Assembly (NCBI RefSeq): GCF_000150275.1
Contig: NW_002060944.1
Span: 7,640,735 to 7,704,734 of the forward strand
Direction: 5' to 3'
DNA: 64,000 nucleotides
From: Trichoplax adhaerens
Taxonomy: Eukaryota; Animalia; Placozoa
Part shown: positions 1-10,638 of the stretch, in pieces
Position numbering within the stretch: the stretch's first letter is position 1
Layout of the letters: each line of letters begins with the position of its first letter
Position numbers and translations under genes: made by a program
The notes under the pieces: generated by a model
What the model saw: the letters and a program-made list of their open reading frames with translations, nothing else
What the model was told of the DNA's origin: nothing
Database searches by the model: none

Positions 1-487
1 CGTTCGCAACTGTCGCTTATACCACAAAATAAGTACTACCATTGGAGTATTATAGTTATTACCGTATCCTGTCATACGTTTGAAGTGTCTTGTGCCATTA
101 ATGTATACTAATTTAGCTACTTTGACTAAGATGTGAATAAGAACAATATCGATTATAGAAATTCATTTATCAAGCAGAACATACTCTGTAGAGATTTAAG
201 AAGGCAATTGGACATTAATCTTCGTTCATGCAGAATACGAGTGACTACGCAAATTTCATCGTGATACGATACGTGATGTTGTAAGGTAAATTTACACTTC
301 GAACAATATCTCTAGCAGACTCTTCAAAATCACTTCAAGCTTGCTGGCCAAACAATATATTTGTATATCAAAAGGGGTTTAAATGGACCAAGCATATCAC
401 TAACCATGAGGATTACGTACATTGTATCCACATAATGCATATGTCAATCTACGTCTATGCGTATAACATTCCTAAATTTGCACTTAC

Positions 488-2636
488 CATGGAATATTCC
501 TAGCATGTACTGGTTCACTAAGTACAGTGCTATCAATTTTGGAAAAGTTGCGTACAACAAATTGTATCTTTGCTGCACCTTGGCTAGCGTTGGCTTTCAA
601 CTTATCTAAATCATCCTCGTTGCTGATCTCAGTGGTATCTGCAGTATCATTTTCTGCTTCCGGTGATGCAGGTCCATGGTTGCTATTACTATTAGGATGA
701 GGATAATTATCATCTATACAGCAAAGGAAAGAGTAAACAGCAACATTAAGACAAATTCAATACATAAACAAATGCAAACTCTAGTTATTGCTGTAAATGG
801 GTATCTCCCAATCAATCCGTTGCCCCCTACTGCTGAAAATTGATTTATCTGTTATGACGGAAATGCGATTTTAAATTAAATTCCATGTCAGCCAGTATTT
901 TAAAATCAGAAATGAACAAGAACAGCCAAGATTTTCCCTTATCAACCAGTTTTCTACAATTGGATTAATTAGGTGTAATGACTACAGCGCTACTTAGCAC
1001 ATTTTAATTACGAAATCAGCAATTCGATGATAAAGTGTCGATGTTACGGGCCAGGATACAAATATGGGTATTGATGATATTATGGCGCAGACAGTACCTT
1101 TAAGCAAGAGTCTGACAAAGGTGTGTGAAACTGCCATGAATTAGCTTGGGCTGTGAGTCAAGGAGAAGTAAACTATGAAAATAAGGCATGCAGTTTTTCA
1201 ACACTACCATAAGAGTAAGTTTACATCGTAATAAGAATAGCACAGGCAATGCAATTTATTGTCATATCTGCCTTTCCTATTTCATTCAATTGGGTTAGGA
1301 AAGAACTTTCAGTTGTAGAGTCGGTCAGTGTTGGTGGTATAGTCGTATGTAGGGTTGATAAGGAAGCAAAAAAAACAACAGTTTGCAAAGTGTGTCTAGG
1401 ACCAGTATTTTGTTCTCATTCTTTCTACTACTGTACAGTATATTACCAAATTAATTTTATCTTGTTTGGTCTACATTCTACAATACGCTCCGAATTTAGT
1501 GCCAATACTTATACCATGCTAGTAGTAATGTAATAGAATTGAGGAAGTAGGCTAATTATTGAAGAAAAAAATACGAGAAGCAATAACAGAATCCAAAATC
1601 TCATCTTGATGGCGTAAGTGATCTACATGGATGTACAATTGGATTGAAATGTCTGCGTCATAAAAATTGTATCAACGCATACACATAAATTGTATATATT
1701 ATTGTAGTGTGGAGTTGATTTTAAAATCTATCCAGTCGTAGTCATTCTTAGCTTTATAGTGCTTGTTCACACACTCCATCCTCGACAACAAATACAGCCG
1801 TGACTAGCAAACTGCTTGTTATTCTATAATGGATTTGACTTTTTTGTCAATACAGGAAAGTACTTGTATGTCCCCCCCCAAAGTGGCTGGTGAATAGCCA
1901 TTTGAGAAATTACACCTGTAGTCGGGGATGAAATTTTCTGTCAAGCAAATGATCCTCCACTGAAATGTTACTCTTTCTCATGGAGAGAAAAGAAGAGAAT
2001 TGCGGATAGTCTACTGTATCAATTTGATTGAAATGCATCAGCAGCTGGCTGGCTGCCATTGGAGTCTTTTTTGAAGGTGATTGAACGCTACGCTAGCCCA
2101 ATGGCAAGTTTGTAGTCATTTAATATAGACAATTGACTACTGGACGCGTACCAAAGATAGCCAAGCTACTGCAAATTGCTATCCCACAACAAAGGTTGAT
2201 CATGCTAATTGATGACTATAGGAGATCGCATACAATACTACGTAGGACTAGTATTATTATCATTGTTGAAATTCACGGACAAGACTAAGCTATAGTAAGC
2301 CCCAATGGAAGAGGTTTTCGTCAATAAGAGCTGTGATCGCGCAAAATAGATTGGATCCATTTTGACAGACAAGACTCTTGTTGATTTATGTACTAGCACT
2401 CCTTGAGAGATTGTATCCTCCTACTCTGGTACTACAGTGATGACTGTTGTAGTCCAAAAGCTGTAAATTAAGCGTCAACATAGTAAAAATACAACATCAA
2501 TCATGACAGGGATGGTAGTTGAAAATAGCATTGGTATACCTTCTCCTATTTCCATCGTCTCTTGATCACTCGCTTGATGATCATCTCCTTCAACCTCATC
2601 AAAATCATACGAACCGCTTTTCCGATTGTTTTCCAT
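488..2636 (-). CDS. USP7: Ubiquitin-specific protease 7 (HAUSP), 5' part; exons 2636-2540 and 713-488; gene continues beyond the left edge
   Basis: GT-AG splicing joins MENNRKSGSYDFDEVEGDDHQASDQETMEIGE to DDNYPHP...AKIQFVVRNFSKIDSTVLSEPVHARNIPW in phase. The end matches the start of the USP7 MATH/TRAF domain (human, recalled: [29 protein letters not shown]), preceded by an acidic disordered N-terminus. Confidence 0.88.
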
Positions 2637-2994
2637 TCTGCCTAAGCGAGCACTCTTAGACAGCAATTGCTTATGAGGGTGAAATACTTTGGAAACGTGT
2701 TTACTAGTAATACGTCCAATTGCGACTGAATTTTCTTTGCACACCACCAAAGGAAAAAAGAAAAGATTTCAATTGCAACTAACTACTAATTTTGGTCGAC
2801 ATGAAAGGAAATTAACTCAGCGACGAGCTCTCGCTCTTTTTCAAACAGATCCACTCAACTACAGTGCAAGGTCTTTCACAAGGACTGTAGAAGCACCGTA
2901 GTCTACTCGAGTAGACAGTATCAATCACTCAGGCGAATTGAATAGCGCTGTATACTGCGATGATATTTTGACCCTCGCTGTATGACATTAATAA

Positions 2995-3280
2995 TGTACT
3001 GTAAGACATGGACAACCGTACAGAAGTACACTTTTCCCTTTCAAGAAAAATGCTACTTTTCACTGTGATGGACTACAGTACACACTACTGTACACTCTAC
3101 ATTCAAAGGGGTACAATAGACCGCCATTATCCAATGGCCCATTTCTAGATTTTGTTTTCATTTTATTCAAAATGAAGACAAAATCTCTCCTTTTTGGCGG
3201 GGGGGAAAGGCTATGGTCTACAGTACAGTTCTCCATCACACATTTTATGGACAGTAGTACAGTAGTGTAGTGTACTCACA
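2995..3280. promoter_or_regulatory. Putative USP7 promoter, rich in TACAGTA/TACTGTA-type motifs
   Basis: About 350-650 bp upstream of the USP7 ATG: ctacagtacacactactgtac, ctacagtacagt, acagtagtacagtagtgtagtgtac. Function is inferred from position. Confidence 0.5.
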
Positions 3281-3552
3281 ATGGATGCTTACAATCATCA
3301 TAACAATCCACGACGATGGCGCATTCACTGCTGGACAGATCTAATGATGGTAGAGTAAACATGAGACAGCGTAAACCACTGGGATCATCGCTTGTTGCAA
3401 AAAAACTCTCCATTGGATTTGTTGTTATTTGGCTCAGTTGTTTATATCATCTATCAGGAAGATGGGGGAAAGTTGTCCCTCTCCCTCCTGCGGTTCGGTC
3501 TTTTTCTTACCTCAATACGTGTACATGGAATGCCTGATGTTGGATATTTTGC

Positions 3553-4044
3553 TACTACTCGCTAAAACTCGTATACGTGTATATCTAATTTGGTCATTAA
3601 AATAGCCCCCAAAATAGGTAATCGACTGTATACCGGGCTACCCAATTGTACGATGAAAGCGAACGGTTAACAGTGTGGCCCATTTTACTACGATGCGCTC
3701 AAACTCGTTAACGCATATGTACAGTATCTATTTAGTCATCAAAATAGCTAAAAGAAATAGGTAATCGACTGTATACCGGGCTACCCAATTGTACGATGAA
3801 AGCGAGTGGTTAACAGTGCAGCCCATTTTACTACGACGCGCTGAAACTAGTATATCTATTTTGTCATCAAAATAGCCAAAAAAAATAGGTAATCGATTGT
3901 ATTCCGGGCTACCCGATTGCACGATGATAGCGAGCGGTTAACAGTGCAGCCCATTTTACCACGACGCGCTGAAACTCGTTAACGCATATGTATCTATTTT
4001 GTGATCAAAATAGCTAAAATAAAATAGGTACTATATACCGGCTA
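3553..4044. repeat. Tandem repeat, ~128-143 bp unit, ~3.5 diverged copies
   Basis: Unit tatcta..gtcatcaaaatagc..aaataggtaatcgactgtataccgggctacccaattgtacgatgaaagcg..ggttaacagtgcagcccattttactacgacgcgctgaaactcg recurs at about 3582, 3725, 3853 and 3991 (last copy partial). Confidence 0.95.
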
Positions 4045-5100
4045 CAGACGCTAAAGAGATGTGAATGTATTAGTATTAGAAAAAAAGTATAACCGGCTTG
4101 ATCTGCATACTGGATCACGGACCATCATGTCCAACTCCTTTGCAGTAATGGATTCCAAATTGCGCACCGGTAGACACTAGACGTATTTTTTGCTTAGCTC
4201 CATGCCCTGTTAATCGTTCCTCAATTTCTTGCTTAAATTACTATAAATCTACAGACAAATTCACTATAAAGTATCTATTATAGCAAAGACATTTTAAAGC
4301 CATGAAGATAGTGAACGAATTGACTTCCAGTCAATAATACCGCATCCATACTGTACTTGTTGGAACGCAAACGGCTACAATATCTTACTCTTGGTATCAC
4401 AATAACAGCTGTGCTTTGACAGTATTAACTGATAAATGAGCAAATTTAACATCAATTGATAGAGACACACTTTAGACTCTTTATGACTATACTAGATTTA
4501 GAAGTAAATACGCACATGCACACCATGATTAGTGCCTACTTCACTAAATCGCTAGGAGAACTTTTCACTTTTCATCAAACAGCACACAATAGCTGCTGCC
4601 TAAACGTTCGCTCACTTTTACTCCCACAAGGATCCAATTTACTGCGTGGGAAAATGGTCCAATATTCCTAATCATTTGTCTCGAATGTCAATCGAATAGC
4701 TTCTTCTATCATAATCATCGAACGCATATTTTGGGAGATAGTTGGAGATTCGATTAAAATTCAACGGTAAAATCCTGCAAAGAACACCATCAGATATTTT
4801 CAGAGATCCATTTAATATTAATATACAGTAATAGGCCATCTGATTTTCTAATCGTATCATGTGCGACATAATTAAAGAGATCCTTAAAGAGGCAATATGA
4901 GTTATTCTTCTTAAAAGTAATGCGTTGCATATTGCAATAGCTTTAAAAAATAAGAATCTGAAATATAGAGACACGAAATAATACAAGGCAATTACAATCC
5001 TATCAATCGAAAATTGTACTTAAGAAAGTAATCAAACGAAAGTTGCGTGTCATTTATACCGTATCTTCAATATATTATACCGTATAGATGATCGTATATA

Positions 5101-5102
<2 letters not shown>

Positions 5103-5132
<30 letters not shown>
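5103..5132. repeat. (AT)15 microsatellite, probably in or near the HAPSTR1 3' UTR
   Basis: Directly visible dinucleotide run. Confidence 0.95.
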
Positions 5133-5136
<4 letters not shown>

Positions 5137-5819
5137 ATCATATATATATACAACAATACAAAGAAAATTAACACAGTACAACCGTACCACAGTGTCCGTC
5201 TACATGAGGTGCTTTAAATCAACCGAAAATATATCTTGAAACTTTACCGACAAATGATACCTCATACAGCATAATATTACAATATAAAATGCTATCCTCC
5301 TATTCTTCATACAGACTACGATATCAGTAACTTTTTAAATGATGCAAGACGGTCATATAAGCACACAGTTTCAATTACAGTACAGCATATATTACAATAA
5401 AATAACAGCGAAACCTCTTTTATATTGCACTTAAGTAAAGTAGATTTATCAGAACGTAATCGGATTGCAGGATAACAATTTTACATTTTACACGTATGTA
5501 TGGTGGAGCAACTACAATTCCCTCCTCGATTACAAGCATTTTATAATCTGTGAGAATGCGTTACTCATTGATCGCGTCTATCATAGCTTACGATAAAATA
5601 AAGACAATGTATATTAATAACTACATATTCGCGATTAAGCAAATCCGATGCAATAAAACTATAAAAGTAACATCAATGTAAGCAATGAAAAAGGTAACAT
5701 AAAAACCTACTAGTTTGCTGCCAGTATTGACGATATACAGTACGTGCATAGGGTACAACACATTATCCACTGTAGACATAGTCAATTATCTCGGTGGCAC
5801 TCGATATCATAAATGATTT

Positions 5820-8800
5820 CTAGTCAAATTCTAAACGGTATCGCTTCTGACTCGGAGCGGGACAGTCCATATAGTAATCGGCAAACGAAACTGATCGCTT
5901 CTTGCTACTACTGCTACTACTCTCATCGTTGTCTATCACAGCATCAACCTGGCTCGATGGAGTCATTCTGCGTCGATGTGAAGTTGGTGGAGGTGTTGCT
6001 AATGTGCTACTCCGCGAAAAGTTTGCTATAGAGCCGACATCATTGCCAGACGGGCATTCGGGACGTGATGGTGGCAACATTCCAGTAAGAAACCCGATAA
6101 TTTCCTCCCGCAATACCAAACGTCGTTTCTTTTTTAACCAGTTGACTAATTCTTTGGTACGACGCTGATAGCCACATTGTGTACCAAAATCGATCCCATA
6201 CTTGTAAGCATCCATGCCATCTGTTTAGACAATGATATAAAAGAAAAGATATTCAATGTACAGTACAACAACTAGGTAGAAGAATTCGACTACTGTATTT
6301 TCAGTCCTAATTCCAAGTGGCTATCCTATATCATCATGACACTGTACGATATCATTTTTTCCATCAAAAGATTCTTACACCAGTTCATTCCATATTGTCA
6401 CTCATCTTAGCTCAACACAACAATTACTAACTTTATCAAATTATAGCTTGGTGTATTTATTGTATTGATTGATTATTTGTCAGTTTCACGTTTAGTTCAA
6501 CACTTGTACAACAAAGCTAAAATGGGATAGCTTCGAGTAATATCTACACTAATTCATCCATTACAATACTCTAGTTTCTACACAACAATGAATATCATGG
6601 GTTAACAGTGAATACCTATGTAGAATCTACTGTAGGTATTGTAATAAGAATACAATATCCTTCAATATAAAAGAGTATTTTAGGACATTTTTATTTTATC
6701 TTTATGGTGATATACTCCCTGCATCGTGAATTTGTAGAGCAACACTTGAGAAAGACAGCGATACACCATCTACATACACTACAGAATAGACACTACACGT
6801 ACGTACAGTAGGAGAGAATGCAAAAGGTTCATCGCATCCTTTTCAAAGTTAAAATAACAATTTTAGTTACTTCGTTATTTAAGATAATAGCTAGACTACG
6901 GGTATCAATTTGCAATTGAAGTCTACGCTCAAACATTTCCAATTTTTTCATACGTGTCGACGTTTGCAGTAATTTCAATTTTAGTTCGGTACTGCTTATA
7001 AGCTTGTAGTCATTACAACGTTTCAACTCACTAACGCGTAAAGAAAAAAATTGTGTACATACCTATCTTAACAAGGCCCCACGTATAAACCCTGCATAAC
7101 TCTACATTAGGACTCACCACAACACAACGCACGATGATATCCCATTTTATATCATCGCGCCTTGTAATCAGTTCATTCTGCTATACATGAATTTGTTCAA
7201 TCCTAGCGAGAAATCAACTTTTACAGTATGTACAACATCTACCCATACGAACTGCGTAATACTGTCATTCATTCCAAATATGATTGAAAATTGAATTATG
7301 TACTATAACAAGAAACCCAATGATGGGCTACTACATGCTAGTATGCGTCTACTGTAGATGGATGTAGTGGTTTCATTACTCTATTTCAATGGACGCTATA
7401 AGAATCGCACAACATAGCTCACAGTTGTACAAGATGACATAAAAATGGCGTGTCGACCAGGTTAATCAGAAAAACGTATGTAGAACACAAACAACCCAAG
7501 ATGCAGTAGACGATATTTATAATAAATAATTCAATCTAGTTGACTTAATACACGATGTTGTCCAGTTTATCCTTGCGAAGGGTCCAACACATACTGTATG
7601 ACTAATGTGAGAAAAAAAACGTCCATTGCAAGGGTAAACAATCGAGCAAGCTATAAAGGAAGAAAACACTTGGGTAAATTGGTACAATATGGGAAGGGAT
7701 GAAAGAGTAAAATTACGTTCCGTTCTATTGCAATGGCCTAGAAGAATACCATATGAATAGTAAAGACCGTCACTTTCAAATGAAATATATCAAACATTTT
7801 CTTTCCCAAAATACGTCTTCACTGCACCGCGTATACGGAAGCAACTTTTAGCTACTTGAAACAAAGGCTTATGTTTCGCCATTGCTTGAACTACTAATGT
7901 GCAGCAACGGCGTACTCCTCAAGCGTCATTTGACTACAACTAGGGACTACTCAACAACTTATCGTATTTTTTTTTTTTTGCCCCTTTATCCAATTAATGG
8001 AAGTAGAACGTAGCAAGTTCAATTTCAAATTTCAATTCTAATTATTATCACAACAGGGAAAAAATTGGATTCAATACAGTCGTTACTGCTACAAGCTAGC
8101 ACGAACGTACTGATTGCCACTAAAACTGATCGTTCTAGGCCTATCATAGACATCCAATATTGGTGGTAAACTATTGGTAAGACCCAGTTCTTGACAAGAT
8201 ATGATCAACGCTAGAGTTGACAGGATTAATTTTTTGAATGTCCTTTGGCAAGGGTAACTACTACTGCCACGACCAGGAACTTAATTATTTGAAAAACATC
8301 CTGCCTGCTGCGACAATAACAGCAACACTAGACTGCCAATGAGCTAACTACCCGTCCTTGCTACACACTTTTTTGCCTATTGCTTTATATGGATGGAAAT
8401 ACAAGGATAAAGTACTGTCTAGAGTTGTCCAACGCCATTGCTAGCGATGTATAGCCTTCAACGTTGGTTGTTTACCAACTTCCCGTGGTAGAACAATAGG
8501 TAAGAAAAAGCAAAAGGAATCAAATGCGGTATAATGGTGTATGTTGGTAGCGCTACATGGTACACACTACAGTACTTGGCATCATGTAGCGTGGTGATTG
8601 CTAAGTCTGGTCTCGGATATAATTCAGGACTGATGATGGAAACGATGATAGTGGGCAATCGAGTTTGTGTGCACAAAATGGAATAGTAAATCCAACAAGT
8701 TTAAATTATTGACGTGTGTTGTACTTCTTTTTGGATAGAAAAGCTTTACTATGGATCAATGTGATGATCCACTTTTAGCAAGACTACAGAAGTCAAGTCT

Positions 8801-9344
8801 TTACTTTGTAAGGGCAATATATTATATATTACAGTATGACAAGACGTAGAAAATGGATTGTTGAAGTTTACTGTAGAGAAGATGATTGACAGTACCGTGA
8901 TAAAGTTTGGTGACAGAGTTGGAAGTAGACTGAAAATTGGTCCAAGCTCCTTCAGCGGTGCCATTACAACACTCTATAATATTGAAAATAGATCAAGGTG
9001 TTACCTCAATTCCACGCTGTAAAAGTGAAATGGAGATGATGAAATTTGAAAATACAATGTCATGTCCAACCTGTGAAAAGTTGAGCTACTGATGTTGCTG
9101 TTGATTGAAAACTAGAGTATAATGCTTGGCCAACTTTATCACTATCTTTGGATAATAATTCTTCTATGTCATTTTGTTTTTCGCCCTCTTCGACATGCGG
9201 CCGATCCATATCGCCACCATTCATGACTGTCAAGGTGGATGACGTTGCGAACTCGCCTTCCATTTGTTCACCCATTTCTCCATTTAAAGTAGTATTGGGT
9301 AAACCACCGCCTATCGACATGCTTTCATGATCTAATCTTTCCAT
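5820..9344 (-). CDS. HAPSTR1: HUWE1-associated protein modifying stress responses (C16orf72/TAPR1 homolog); exons 9344-9071 and 6220-5820
   Basis: Exon 1 ends LYSSFQSTATSVAQLFT (human LWHLFQNSATAVAQLYK). A phase-1 GT-AG splice leads to DGMDAYKYGIDFGTQCGYQRRTKELVNWLKKKRRLVLREEIIGFLTGMLPP (human IGIQIGYQRRNKDVLAWVKKRRRTIRREDLISFLCGKVPP). The C-terminus is bipartite-NLS-like: KKRS...SQKRYRL (human RKRT...HKRNRMI). Confidence 0.93.
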
Positions 9345-9644
9345 CGTCTATGCTTGTCCTCTTCGCCTACAGTGCAATATCGTCAATATTGTCGTATGCA
9401 AGTAATGGAATAGTATTTTGCGTCCAATGGAAGATGAGTGTACTACTGTACTTCTAGCAACGTTGCCTCTTTCTTAATCAATAGAAATCATTACGTTTCC
9501 TAATGAAATAGAATGCACGATCTTGTTTTACAAGCAGCTGTCAATGACTACAACTCCGAATCAACTAGTACGCTAATTTTTTCAGGGTTGTTTTTTAAAA
9601 AGTGCAAATTTCAAAATGGGTGCTGTAGTTTTCAGGTCGAGTTT

Positions 9645-10485
9645 AATTCCTAACCTTTGGATTACTGTATCCGCACACTACCACAGTACGGCAAAGCTTG
9701 TGTCCTATGGACTCCAATCCGCCCACACGGTGCAGTTTACTGTCTACAGTGTACAGTGTACAGTAAGTCATGGATGGTAGTGTCGTGTACTGTAGGCTAG
9801 AGTTGTGGACTGGTCTGGACCAGTCCGGTCCGGTCCAGTACGGTATACTGCAGAGTGGACGGTATCTCTTTCTAGGTCTGTAGTGCACCACTACATTAAT
9901 GAATAGACTAGACTGCACTGTACTGCATTTATTTACTGTACAGTCTACAGTATAGTGTACAGTACTGTGTGTACACCCCAGTCAAATATCGTGTCGGACT
10001 GTTCAACTTGTCAAAATCCATTCCACTGTTCTACAGTACAGTACACTGTCCACTACAATTCCACGCTGCACTGTGAATATTGTTAAGTCAAAACATACAG
10101 TTTACGTAGAATGAAAGCATACAGTATAGTACTGTACTGTATACAGGGGTCCGAGTGGTCTATCGGTGTCATATAGATCAGAACGGTTGGAACCGAACCG
10201 GACCGTATTCAGGTCTAATCGGTGACAGGACAGTACTTTGCTACAGTACCAAGGACGACGACTACAATACTGTACTAAATCAGTACTGTACTGTACACTC
10301 TAATAGAAGGAGAGTAATTGTACGAACGCAGTCACACCGTGTTAATCTCATACTAAACCTTATGCAACGACGCTAGGGTTCTAAGGTTGAAGGTTGAAGG
10401 CCTATCACTGCATCCAGCATCTCGCTCGCTCAATCAGACTCATCCGATCTGTACCGTACCGTACCGTACCGTACCGTACTGCAAC
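9645..10485. promoter_or_regulatory. Bidirectional promoter between HAPSTR1 and XPO6, dense in TACAGTA/GTACN/GGACC motifs
   Basis: The divergent ATGs at 9344 (-) and 10639 (+) are ~1.3 kb apart. The interval is packed with tacagt/actgta, ggaccagtccggtccggtcc (~9817-9837), gaaccgaaccggaccg (~10190-10205) and (gtacc)5. Confidence 0.7.
10451..10480. repeat. (GTACC)5 pentanucleotide microsatellite near the XPO6 5' end
   Basis: gtaccgtaccgtaccgtaccgtaccgtact is directly visible. Confidence 0.95.
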
Positions 10486-10638
10486 CGTAATCGACCACAA
10501 TTCCTCGACTGCAAACCGTGGCTAATCCATTGCATTTCTCTTCATGTCCATCATGATTAGCTCAATGCTTCTCTTTTAATCGACTTTCAAAGAGTATTTA
10601 CTCAGTCTACTCAACGTTCAGTTTCTATCTCTTCGAGC

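Noticed and set aside
5902-6168. Plus-strand 88-aa ORF with a signal-peptide-like start (MLLLLLLSSLSITAS)
   Set aside because: It is the antisense shadow of the HAPSTR1 exon. The Leu run mirrors the poly-Ser codons and the start is TTG, not ATG.
7063-7101. 39-nt frame-preserving AG..GT segment in the HAPSTR1 intron (would add ELCRVYTWGLVKI)
   Set aside because: Weak polypyrimidine tract and no similarity to the missing HAPSTR1 motif; not supportable without RNA data.
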